In this document: in pieces, positions 1 through 9,284 of the stretch
Layout of the letters: the number at the start of each line of letters is the position of its first letter
Position numbering within the stretch: the stretch's first letter is position 1
Source of the DNA: Stramenopiles sp. TOSAG23-6
Taxonomy: Eukaryota
NCBI GenBank assembly: GCA_900128565.1
Contig: LT635955.1
Location: 1 to 33,316 of the forward strand
Direction: 5' to 3'
DNA length: 33,316 nt
Made by a program: the position numbers and the translations under genes
Notes under the pieces: model-generated
What the model saw: the letters and a program-made list of their open reading frames with translations, nothing else
Databases searched by the model: none
What the model was told of the DNA's origin: nothing

Positions 1-360
1 CGCAAAGCTGCTGCGAAACGTGTATTACATTCAATGATGTGTCGTTGGAAACATCAACATGAAGCTAATGGTATGCGTGCGTGGAAGGAGCTTGTAAATG
101 TGTTACGCTTAGAAGAACAACGCAACGCCAATAAATTAAGTTTAGAAGAACAACGCAAAGCTGCTGCGAAACGTGTATTACATTCAATGATGTGTCGTTG
201 GAAACATCAACATGAAGCTAATGGTATGCGTGCGTGGAAGGAGCTTGTAAATGTGTTACGCTTAGAAGAACAACGCAACGCCAATAAATTAAGTTTAGAA
301 GAACAACGCAAAGCTGCTGCGAAACGTGTATTACATTCAATGATGTGTCGTTGGAAACAT
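1..360 (+). repeat. Identical 153-bp (51-codon) coding tandem repeat, at least 2.3 copies
   Basis: cgcaaagctgctgcgaaacg begins at 1, 154 and 307, and the units look identical. The array probably extends upstream of the window. Confidence 0.93.
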
Positions 361-2631
361 CGGCATCTTGCAGCAGGAATGCGCCAATGGATACATTTTG
401 TCAATGATTTACGATATGAAGAGGAGGAAGCCGAAGCAACAAGGCGAACACTTCAAATGATGGTAAGTCGCTGGAAGCATCAACGTAAATCTGCTGCAAT
501 GCTGAAATGGGTTGCATTTGTAAATAACCAAAGGATTTTTGAAGAAATGGAAGCAAAGGACCAAGAAATGAAAGCGAAAATGAAAGTAAAAGATCAAGAA
601 ATGAGAGTTAGACGTATTGGTTCAAAGAAGCGAACTGTGACTTCTTTGATGAGTCATTGGAAACAAAAGCATAGAGCGAATGCTTTCCGCAAGTGGGTAG
701 AATTTGTCAATAATCAAATTACCGCAGAAGCACTGTTTGCAAAAGATCAAGAAATGAAAGTGAGGCGCATTGGTTCAAAGAAGCGAACTGTTACTTCTTT
801 GATGAGTCATTGGAAACAAAAGCATAGAGCAAATGCTTTCCGCAAGTGGATAGAATTTGTCAATCATCAAATTTCAGAAGAAGAAAAAGAGGCATATGAA
901 AGAGCATTGCTTGCAAAAGATCAAGAAATGAAAGAAAGAATGAAAGTGAAAGATCAAGAAATGAGAGTGAGGCGCATTGGTTCAAAGAAACGAACTGTTG
1001 CTTCTTTGATGGGTCATTGGAAACAAAAACATATAGCAACTGCTTTCCGTAAGTGGATTGAATTTGTCAATAATCAAATTAAAGAAGAACAACTTGAAAA
1101 GGAAAGAGAATATAATCGTAAAGCCTTATCTGCGCTGGACCAAGAAATGGAAGTAAGACGTATTGGTTCAAAGAAACGCACTATTGCTTCTTTGGTGAGT
1201 CATTGGCAACAAAAGCACAGATCAACTGCTCTTCGCAAGTGGATAGAATTTGTCAACCACGATATCATGGTACAAGAAAAGAAAGCTCATAAACTAGCAC
1301 TGCAACAAACGCAGGAAATAGCTAAATCAGTACTGGAAAGACAGAAAAAACGAGCACACGAAGATAAGCGTAAATCTTTACTAGATCACCGTAAGCACAC
1401 CTTAATTTGTGTAACAAATCGTTGGCAATATCGTAACAAGACTACTGCAATGCGCAAATGGTTATCTGTGGTAAATTTACAGCACCAAAGTGAAAATTTG
1501 AAGCTTCAATCAAAAGAGCAAATGTATAAGCAGGCTGTAGAGTATGAAGCCCTCAGAAAATCTCAACAAGAGAGATTTGAAGAACAGAGGAGAGTACAAC
1601 AACAAAGGTATGAAGAACAGAGGAAAGCACAAAGACGATTGATATTCATTTCTATTATACAACGTTGGAAGCATCAGACTATTTTCCTATCATTTGATCA
1701 TTGGAGACAAGTATTATACCAAGCCAAGCGAGCTCGTTGGATAGGTGATGCAAATAATGCTAAACTGAAAGCTTTCTTTACTCGTGTATTTATGGATGCA
1801 GAACGCGCAATGGAGCATCGGATGCGTCATGCATTTGCAATGCTTCGCCAATCACAAATAGTACATGCCGGTGAATTACAATCTAAACTGATAAGAACGG
1901 AGAGATCTTTGTTAGAGTTACGCAGAGCGTACACGTATCTAGAATCTAATGTACATGCAAAAGACTCTAGTGCAAAAGAGCTTTTATCTTTACGAAGTGA
2001 CTATGCAAAACTTGCTTTGCGTTTGAAACGTATAAAAACATTAATGAAGTCTCGTGGCCAAAATGGTATAAGTAAAATGCATGCCATGTCACCTGTATCA
2101 ATATCGAAACCATTGATACGTGGTCCTGATACAGACTATTTACTAGATTTTCATCATAATTATTCACCAAAAAATGGTAGAAGTAAAATGCGTTCTATGT
2201 CACCTCTGTCGATATCGAAACCTGTGATAGATGTTCATGATACAGATTATTTACCAGACTTTTACCGTACTTATTCACCGAAAAATGGTACACATAAAAT
2301 GCAAAGCAATCAGACGAATTCACCAAGATATGCTTTACATTCAACAAGGACGGCAGGTATGTACCAATTATCACCACCTAGATCGCCTAGATTTAGACTG
2401 GGAAGTATTTATTCGGTATCACCTAAATCGCCCAGATCACCTAGATCACCTACAATACCTAGATCACCTCAATCTTCGCCTAGATCACCAGTTTCTTTTT
2501 TAAATAATTTTGATACTGAGTCAGGCTCAAAAATGAAAAAAGCGACACAAGACTTGCAAAATTCACTTACTCAACTTCGTGAACTGCGCTTACGATCATC
2601 TACGGTTTCATTTAATCTTAAGGAAGAATAA
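1..2631 (+). CDS. 5'-truncated coiled-coil protein with Trp-containing tandem repeats (Sfi1-like, putative centrin-binding) and SP-rich C-terminus
   Basis: Frame is open from base 1 to TAA at 2629-2631. Repeated motifs such as LMSHWKQKHRANAFRKWVEFVN and RWKHQHEANGMRAWKELV resemble Sfi1 repeats (A-x7-LL-x3-F-x2-W). The tail is rich in SPRSP. Family call is by eye. Confidence 0.6.
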   Translation, partial: RKAAAKRVLHSMMCRWKHQHEANGMRAWKELVNVLRLEEQRNANKLSLEEQRKAAAKRVLHSMMCRWKHQHEANGMRAWKELVNVLRLEEQRNANKLSLEEQRKAAAKRVLHSMMCRWKHRHLAAGMRQWIHFVNDLRYEEEEAEATRRTLQMMVSRWKHQRKSAAMLKWVAFVNNQRIFEEMEAKDQEMKAKMKVKDQEMRVRRIGSKKRTVTSLMSHWKQKHRANAFRKWVEFVNNQITAEALFAKDQEMKVRRIGSKKRTVTSLMSHWKQKHRANAFRKWIEFVNHQISEEEKEAYERALLAKDQEMKERMKVKDQEMRVRRIGSKKRTVASLMGHWKQKHIATAFRKWIEFVNNQIKEEQLEKEREYNRKALSALDQEMEVRRIGSKKRTIASLVSHWQQKHRSTALRKWIEFVNHDIMVQEKKAHKLALQQTQEIAKSVLERQKKRAHEDKRKSLLDHRKHTLICVTNRWQYRNKTTAMRKWLSVVNLQHQSENLKLQSKEQMYKQAVEYEALRKSQQERFEEQRRVQQQRYEEQRKAQRRLIFISIIQRWKHQTIFLSFDHWRQVLYQAKRARWIGDANNAKLKAFFTRVFMDAERAMEHRMRHAFAMLRQSQIVHAGELQSKLIRTERSLLELRRAYTYLESNVHAKDSSAKELLSLRSDYAKLALRLKRIKTLMKSRGQNGISKMHAMSPVSISKPLIRGPDTDYLLDFHHNYSPKNGRSKMRSMSPLSISKPVIDVHDTDYLPDFYRTYSPKNGTHKMQSNQTNSPRYALHSTRTAGMYQLSPPRSPRFRLGSIYSVSPKSPRSPRSPTIPRSPQSSPRSPVSFLNNFDTESGSKMKKATQDLQNSLTQLRELRLRSSTVSFNLKEE
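560..1260 (+). repeat. Degenerate coding repeat, 4 copies of DQEM(R/K/E)VRRIGSKKRT..SL..HW.QKH...A.RKW.EFVN
   Basis: attggttcaaagaa(g/a)cg recurs near 616, 769, 976 and 1162, with variable spacers. Confidence 0.88.
2062..2301 (+). repeat. 111-bp (37-aa) degenerate coding duplication
   Basis: NG.SKM..MSP.SISKP.I...DTDYL.DF...YSPK starts at 2062 and 2173, with a partial third copy at 2284. Confidence 0.85.
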
Positions 2632-2973
2632 AAATATATAAATAATTCATTTTTGTCATTTAGATGTAAACTTTATTTGAAACATTTCAGTTATCTGTCC
2701 TTCTCTTAATGAAAGCACAAATGCAAAATGATGCAAAATAATAATTATTCTAAAAATTTAATACAATGCGAAAAATTAGGTCCCGGGTACCACTTGAAAA
2801 AATTAACCGAAAGACAAAAAAGAGCAAAAAAGACAACGAGTGGAGTCTGAGATCTGAGATCCTGTTCTACTACTACACGCGCACACCATTGAATCATTAC
2901 AATTGGTTCTATAGATTACTACATTTTGATTGTAGCATATTTTTACTGTTGAAATACGTATATTTTCTCACCC

Positions 2974-3966
2974 ATGATGGAAAAAACGAGCCGACTTGAT
3001 ATGTCTTTGGACCAATTGATCAAGAAAAACCCTAAAAAAACTCGTAAAAGTCCCCCTAAAAAGCAACAGAGAGTGAAAGTTGTAGGGAGAAAGAATACGC
3101 GGGTACCACCTCGTAGAAACAGCTTCAATAAGGTGCGCAATAACGGTAATAACCGCAATAATAACCGCAATAATAACAATCGTGGTAATAATAACAACAT
3201 GCGTAACAGAAATAATCGTTTTAATGATAATAACAACAACAATCGTGGTGGGGCGATGCGACGTGTTAGAAATAATAGAGTTCGGGGAGCGGGGGCTCCT
3301 TACAACCGCAACAACATGGGTAATGGCAGAGCTAGTGACAGAGCTAACTACCAACAAAATGACGACACCGATATGAGAGCCATGATAAAAAATGGAGGTG
3401 CTGATAAGCAACCTCTTTCCACTGGGACTAAAATTCGTGTCTCAAACTTAGACCTCGAAGTGTTAAGTGATGACATCAAAGAACTTTTTCAAAACATTGG
3501 TCCAGTCAAAAATGCTCAAGTATATTTCGATCGTAATGGTGTCTCTAAAGGCATTGCTGAAGTAGTATTCCGTCACAAAGCAGACGCTTTGAAATCTATA
3601 TCAGAATTTGATGCGCGTGAACTTGATGGAAAACCCATGAAAATCACTCTTCTTGAAAAGCAATCTCTGACTACTAATAGACCTAAAAAAAGTTTTGAAA
3701 GTGTAAATAAATATCAAAATCGGGATGCTGTTCAAAATAAAGTTAATTATGGTGTTGGGGATGAAGTGAGTTATGGTGGCGGATTTAGTTCGGAAGTGGG
3801 CACAAAGTTTAACCGACCATTTTCTAAATTTCCAAGGGGGGGAGGTCGAAGTCGTGGACGAGGCGGTGGACGTAGTTGGGGTCGTGGGCGCGGACGTAGT
3901 TACGGAAGAACTACCAATGTTTCTCTTGATGATGATCTTGATAATTACATGAATTCTGCCGCGTAG
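2974..3966 (+). CDS. ALYREF: mRNA export adaptor ALYREF/THO complex subunit 4 (Yra1 family)
   Basis: N-terminal UAP56-binding motif LDMSLDQLIK, central RRM (TGTKIRVSNL...SKGIAEVVF), RGG region and C-terminal LDDDLDNYM. Intronless. Confidence 0.92.
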   Translation: MMEKTSRLDMSLDQLIKKNPKKTRKSPPKKQQRVKVVGRKNTRVPPRRNSFNKVRNNGNNRNNNRNNNNRGNNNNMRNRNNRFNDNNNNNRGGAMRRVRNNRVRGAGAPYNRNNMGNGRASDRANYQQNDDTDMRAMIKNGGADKQPLSTGTKIRVSNLDLEVLSDDIKELFQNIGPVKNAQVYFDRNGVSKGIAEVVFRHKADALKSISEFDARELDGKPMKITLLEKQSLTTNRPKKSFESVNKYQNRDAVQNKVNYGVGDEVSYGGGFSSEVGTKFNRPFSKFPRGGGRSRGRGGGRSWGRGRGRSYGRTTNVSLDDDLDNYMNSAA

Positions 3967-4546
3967 TCACATGCGTTATTATCCCTTTATTTATGTTTGT
4001 GTATTTTGGGGATTTTATGTGACCCCGTGTGATTTGACATTTTAATAAATAATTCGTGTGATTTGGCATATGAAGAAGTTTCAACTGTTTTATTATTAGA
4101 ATCTGTTCTTATGATGAGTATTTCTATATTGTATTAAATGCACCATGTATAATTACTAATTATATTGTTTCAAGTTTTTCTTCTTATTTTTTTGTTTAGA
4201 TTTGCGCTAGGTTAGGGTTAGGGTTATGATTCGATTTTTCGTGTTTACCGTTTACGTTTACAGAGAACGGTTTTGCTAATGTACAAAAGATACGTCGTCC
4301 CTACACAACGTCTTAAACTACCTCTAGTATATAATAATAATACGACGACAGTTACTAGAGTAGAGTGTACTTTCTCAAGTTTGTTGAGGTTGTCGAGTGC
4401 GTGGTTTACCTACTTGATTGGTATCGTCTATATCTATAGTCAATAGTGCAATAGTTGCGCAACTTTGCTTTAGAAGCATCCTTTGATCTAGTTTGATTAG
4501 TTGGAAAACAGAAACTTTCAGTTATATTAGCAATATAAGCCATAAA

Positions 4547-6064
4547 ATGTCTTCACGACGTAAATCATGGAAATTTAGTCAATGCTTTGGAGATGATGGT
4601 CAAAATGGCCAAGTATCCGAAGCAGATATCTTATCTGCCGTAGAATTTAATCACTCAGGAGAGTATTTAGCAACAGGGGACAAAGGTGGTTGCATGTGTA
4701 TTTTCCGTCGTTGTAGCTCAGCTGACGGAGATCTAGAAGACCCAGAAGATTCTCCACCAAATTCCTCTTCATCACAGAAAAGTTCCGGCTTCTGGAGTAA
4801 AAGCCCAAAGTCTATTCCTGTTCAAAAAGATAATTCAAAAAGAAAAACTAGTTTACAATATAACTTCTACGCAGAGTTTCAGAGTCATGAACCAGAATTC
4901 GATTACTTAAAAAGTTTAGAAATTGAAGAAAAGATTAACAAGATCCGATTTTGTAGACATTCAAACGATTCTATTTTGTTGTTATCCACAAATGACAAAA
5001 CGATTAAGCTGTGGAAAGTGTATGAAAAGAAAATTAAACAAATTTCAAAGAAAAATATTACAAATTCAACTTCCTCGGTTGCGAGTGGTATGAATATTCA
5101 ACCAAAAGAGACTAAATGGACAAATAGTACTCCCATGATGAATGGTATGATTACTAGACCTACACTTACTATTCCAACTCTTACATATGGTGAATCCGTT
5201 GTTGCGGCATACAATCGGCGTAAATTTGAAAACGCTCACGCATATCATATCAACTCAATATCGCTTTGCAGTGATGGGGAAACTTTCATTTCCGCAGATG
5301 ACTTGCGAATCAATATGTGGAACTTGAACTTGTCCGGTCAAAGCTTTAAAATTGTTGATATTAAACCTGAAAACATGGAAATGTTGTCAGAAGTCATCAC
5401 AGCTGCTGAATACCATCCCTTCGATTGTAATACGTTTATGTATAGTAGTAGTTGTGGAAAAATTAATCTAGTTGATTTGAGACAAAAAGCAATTTGTGGA
5501 AAGTCAAATATGAAATGTTTTATGGAAGCTGAGCATCCCTCAGACAAAACTTTCTTTTCGGAAATTATTGCGTCTATATCACATGTTTGTTTTACACCAT
5601 GTGGAAAATACGCTGTTTCAAGAGACTATTTGAAGATGAAAATATGGGATACTGCGATGGAGTCAAAACCTGTCAAAGTTATCGATATCAATGAACATTT
5701 ACGACCTAAATTATCAGAATTATATGAAAATGATTGTATTTTTGACAAATTTGAATTTGCTGTGGGTAATAACAATGGTATTATGAGTGGATCATACGAT
5801 AGCAATATTAATGTATATGATTTCAATGGCACAGAACGAGCGAGGCTTCGCGTAGGTGTAGATACTTTGAAGGATAAAAAATCACCTTCAAAATTGGGTG
5901 GCTTTAAATTTAGTAAACGTCGAAATTCCTGTGGAGAATTTGGACAACCAAATCTAGATGATATTGATTTCTCAAAGAAGATTTTACATGTAGCGTGGAA
6001 TCCACATAGAGATGTTTGCGCTATAGCCGCTAAGTCGCAATTATTCATGTATGGTGTATTTTAA
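4547..6064 (+). CDS. PPP2R2: Protein phosphatase 2A regulatory subunit B55 (WD40)
   Basis: Hallmark motifs WKFSQCFG, ADILSAVEF, LATGDKGG, EFQSHEPEFDYLKSLEIEEKINKI, NAHAYHINSIS, SFFSEIIASIS-like and LYENDCIFDKFE. First ATG is at 4547; the ORF track starts at a TTG. Confidence 0.96.
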   Translation: MSSRRKSWKFSQCFGDDGQNGQVSEADILSAVEFNHSGEYLATGDKGGCMCIFRRCSSADGDLEDPEDSPPNSSSSQKSSGFWSKSPKSIPVQKDNSKRKTSLQYNFYAEFQSHEPEFDYLKSLEIEEKINKIRFCRHSNDSILLLSTNDKTIKLWKVYEKKIKQISKKNITNSTSSVASGMNIQPKETKWTNSTPMMNGMITRPTLTIPTLTYGESVVAAYNRRKFENAHAYHINSISLCSDGETFISADDLRINMWNLNLSGQSFKIVDIKPENMEMLSEVITAAEYHPFDCNTFMYSSSCGKINLVDLRQKAICGKSNMKCFMEAEHPSDKTFFSEIIASISHVCFTPCGKYAVSRDYLKMKIWDTAMESKPVKVIDINEHLRPKLSELYENDCIFDKFEFAVGNNNGIMSGSYDSNINVYDFNGTERARLRVGVDTLKDKKSPSKLGGFKFSKRRNSCGEFGQPNLDDIDFSKKILHVAWNPHRDVCAIAAKSQLFMYGVF

Positions 6065-6164
6065 ATATTTTTTAAATAGTACTGGGAATTTTATTCTAAT
6101 AAATAATAGACTTTGATCAGAAACAATATTTAAATGTATCTAGTTATTTTATTGCTTTAGTATT

Positions 6165-7802
6165 TTACGAATAGGGGAGATTTTTTATACTTGGGTTCCA
6201 TACTTTAGGCTTCTTGATATTCCATGTTAGTACATCATTCACTTGTTTTTTTTTTTTTTTATGTACATCTCTAGTAAGTGGTCGAAGACCAACGTGCATT
6301 TCTGGTAATGCGGCAATAGACGCAGATACGCTTGCAATAGATCGCATTTGTTGCTGTTTTTGGCGCATTTCACTGAAGCAAGGAAATAATGGTTGTCGTT
6401 TCTGCGTATGTACTCGACTCTCGTTTTGCGATTCTTGTAATAAAGATGGCATTGATCGCGCTGAAGCCATGAATGGTGATGGAGTATTTAAGCGTTCTCT
6501 CATTTGCATTGTTTTTTCATAATAATTTTGTTGACTAAATCGATTACGCTTCGAAGATGTAGAAGAATCAATGGTATGTTTGGAAAATAGATCAAAAACA
6601 AGTCCTCCATATTTTTGAACCTTCGGGGTATACCTGTCAATATCAAAGTACTTGACTCCATTAGAACTTTCTTCGGATTCCAAAGAATTTCTTGATGACA
6701 CCTTTCTTGGTAACGATAGACTATCACTGCAGCTTTCAAATGGAGATTCTGGAAATATTGGATCGGATTGTTCAGTTGTGGTTACTTCATCTGTTATAAA
6801 TATTGGCAATCTAGTACTTTCTGGTTTTTCTTCTTTCTTCTTCTTATTATTAAAATTATTATCTCTACGATTTATATTGTAAATACCAAAGAAATCTTTG
6901 CCAATTTGTCTTTTTTTTTCATTTTGTAGATGCTTCGCATATTGTTCTTGTTTCCCACGCGTCAGCTCTTGATGACGTGAATGTTTCTGGAATCTCTTTT
7001 GATATTGATCCCGATAATTAGGTGATTTGCATTCAAACACCAAGCTTGTTTTGTCGTCAAAACCAAGCTCGTCGGTCACAATTTGTGCATTTATTTTCTC
7101 GTGCTTTTTTATATGAAATGTCGCCGCTAATCGATGGCGCCACACACCAACTCTGCCTTCAATAACCCAAACGCATTCATTGCGCTTCACAAGAGGTATG
7201 CCATTAAATGGTGGAAATTTCATACCTACAAACGGTTCAACAACAATAAATTCTTCTCGTAGTCCTGATATCTTTGAAAATACTTGACAAGGAGTGAGTT
7301 CACTACTCTTTCGGAAACCCAGTTCAATCCAGTCACCAATAGTGGGAAGTTTGCCATCTTGGGCAACATTCTTTCCAGTCTCATCTAATTTAAATTTTGC
7401 TTGGCGTAAATATAAAAAACGGTTGTACCTATCAACTCGATCTTGCCTTGTTGATACTCGTGAGGAATCACTCGGATTTGCAGCATACTTTTCAGGTGAT
7501 TTTCCTCTCACTGTTAATTCCTCTGATCGAATAACTGTGTTGTCGTGTTCTAATCGGCGACTCGCTATTCTTTTTCGATTTTCTTCTCGATGAAATGAAG
7601 TCGCTGCGTCTATAACAGCTTGGTTAACCGTCATTCCAGCAGCAAGCAAAAGACTTCCTAATGGATTTATTGAGCCACGCAAGCGATCTAATCCTGTTCC
7701 AAGATCTGACACACCTTTAGCATATGGTGCAAATTCTGGAGTTCTTGCAAGTAATGATAATCCAGTACGACTAACAAGTCGAAGTGCATTGGTGTTTGTC
7801 AT
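6165..7802 (-). CDS. Hypothetical protein region, likely 3' part of the LRR gene
   Basis: 545-codon ORF overlapping the upstream ORF's stop (ATGA), with no intergenic space and separated only by the N-rich patch. No recognisable domain. Confidence 0.65.
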   Translation of the reverse strand: MTNTNALRLVSRTGLSLLARTPEFAPYAKGVSDLGTGLDRLRGSINPLGSLLLAAGMTVNQAVIDAATSFHREENRKRIASRRLEHDNTVIRSEELTVRGKSPEKYAANPSDSSRVSTRQDRVDRYNRFLYLRQAKFKLDETGKNVAQDGKLPTIGDWIELGFRKSSELTPCQVFSKISGLREEFIVVEPFVGMKFPPFNGIPLVKRNECVWVIEGRVGVWRHRLAATFHIKKHEKINAQIVTDELGFDDKTSLVFECKSPNYRDQYQKRFQKHSRHQELTRGKQEQYAKHLQNEKKRQIGKDFFGIYNINRRDNNFNNKKKKEEKPESTRLPIFITDEVTTTEQSDPIFPESPFESCSDSLSLPRKVSSRNSLESEESSNGVKYFDIDRYTPKVQKYGGLVFDLFSKHTIDSSTSSKRNRFSQQNYYEKTMQMRERLNTPSPFMASARSMPSLLQESQNESRVHTQKRQPLFPCFSEMRQKQQQMRSIASVSASIAALPEMHVGLRPLTRDVHKKKKKQVNDVLTWNIKKPKVWNPSIKNLPYS

Positions 7803-9010
7803 ATTTTCTNTTTTTGTACNAAAAAANGTCTCTGNAGTGAAGAGTCAGGGGCATCTATACCAAACTCACCTATGCGAAGAGTAATATCGAGGGCTGTCCA
7901 AAGACAAATAGCACTTTCATACATTGTATCCCCATCGTTTAATCTTTTTAAAGCATCAACACAAAGTACATTAGCAACGCATACCATTGCATAAGAAGGT
8001 AGTCTCGATAAATTTCTAATTACAGTGGCACTGAGTTTGGAATTTACTTTATCATTTTCAGTGCCTACAACTAAAGGAGCTTTCACAATACTATTTAGAC
8101 ATTTTTCAAAAAGAAGCGACGGCACATGAAACATACTTACTACAACTAATAATGCGCATATATCAGATTGATTCAGCTCGTTACTTTTAGTGATTTGACC
8201 CGATTTAAATTCTAATGATTCATTACACGAAAAGGGAAGCTTTTGAATTGCTTCTATATCGACTTCTGGGAATATGCTTGTAGGATCTGCATCAGGATCA
8301 CCAAGTAACTTGAGGTGTCGAGAATCATGAGCTACTTGACGCAAATATATACGGAAAAGATGCTTCAAACGAAAGTCGTGTATCCATATTGGTTGGGTTG
8401 GTTCTGAAAGGGAAAGATTCAGAAAATCTGATTGATATTCTCCAAAATCAGTTGGCATTTGCCAACCAGTTGAGTTTCCCACATTTGAAACCTTAATCAA
8501 AATTTCTGATGAATTTTTGACACTACTTGATAATGTTGTTTCGCTTCTCTCACACTCGGTGATAAAGATGTCATCTAGTACCCAGATAGTCGTTAATAAC
8601 GATATTACTTTGGAACGATATTCTAATAGAGTCCTATCTTTTCTAAGTTTCCGATTACCTTGCAATACAAGACATAAAATATGCTTTTCTCGGATAGGAG
8701 ATAATGATTGAAACGTCAAGTCGTTGTCAGAAAGATTCAACCAGCCTAGAGCAGGTAGATGTGCCAATGCTCCTACATCTGACAAATAATTGTTCGATAA
8801 ATCTACACGCCAAAGGGACGATACTAATGAAGAAATGGAAGTTAGATGATTATTTCTTAAAAGTAGTGTTGTTAAAGATGAACACTGCTCAATAACTCCT
8901 CCTTCACGAAGCCTTTCTATACCCTTGCAATCTATACGCAAAGCTTGAAGTTTAGAAATTGGCTGCCCTCTAGCCTCCTTTATCAGTAAATCGCTTGAGA
9001 TTTCTCTCAT
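7799..9010 (-). CDS. SDS22-like leucine-rich repeat protein (probably 5' part of a gene continuing into 6165-7802)
   Basis: LRRs LTTLLLRNNHLTSI, LWRVDLSNNYLSDV, LGWLNLSDNDL and LVLQGN followed by an LRR cap (YRSKVISLLTTIWVLD). ATG at 9010. The ORF ends in an N-containing AT-rich patch. Confidence 0.8.
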   Translation of the reverse strand: MREISSDLLIKEARGQPISKLQALRIDCKGIERLREGGVIEQCSSLTTLLLRNNHLTSISSLVSSLWRVDLSNNYLSDVGALAHLPALGWLNLSDNDLTFQSLSPIREKHILCLVLQGNRKLRKDRTLLEYRSKVISLLTTIWVLDDIFITECERSETTLSSSVKNSSEILIKVSNVGNSTGWQMPTDFGEYQSDFLNLSLSEPTQPIWIHDFRLKHLFRIYLRQVAHDSRHLKLLGDPDADPTSIFPEVDIEAIQKLPFSCNESLEFKSGQITKSNELNQSDICALLVVVSMFHVPSLLFEKCLNSIVKAPLVVGTENDKVNSKLSATVIRNLSRLPSYAMVCVANVLCVDALKRLNDGDTMYESAICLWTALDITLRIGEFGIDAPDSSXQRXFXVQKXKI

Positions 9011-9284
9011 GTTTGAACACAAGATAATCTTGACTTGTTGATCTTTGACAAGTCTCTCTATCTTCGACAGTTACGAAGCACGCGGTCATGTAACGTTCTC
9101 GAATCACTTTTTAGTGATCCCAGTTGTCACAATTCGTATATATAGTAGTCAATCAATCACAAAATAATTGAGTGCTTCAATCACTGGCATTTTGATATTC
9201 GACAAATCCATGAAGGGCTAAATCATGTGCCTGCCATTACGTGCAATACGCTCGTTTACCGTATCAACAGTTCATTAATAGTTC

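Noticed and set aside
1-360. Regular direct repeats as a CRISPR array
   Set aside because: Contiguous in-frame coding repeats without unique spacers, in a eukaryotic gene.
2943-3411. Antisense hydrophobic ORFs over ALYREF, and other short ORFs nested in long genes
   Set aside because: Shadow frames of low-complexity or ordinary coding sequence on the opposite strand or in an alternative frame.
4208-4226. TAGGTTAGGGTTAGGGTTA telomere-like motif
   Set aside because: Only two full TTAGGG units in an intergenic region. It could be a telo-box-like promoter element but is too short to support a call.
4318-4363. Imperfect inverted repeat (CTACCTCTAGTA...TACTAGAGTAG) upstream of the PP2A gene
   Set aside because: Short, single occurrence, with no supporting ncRNA or element features.
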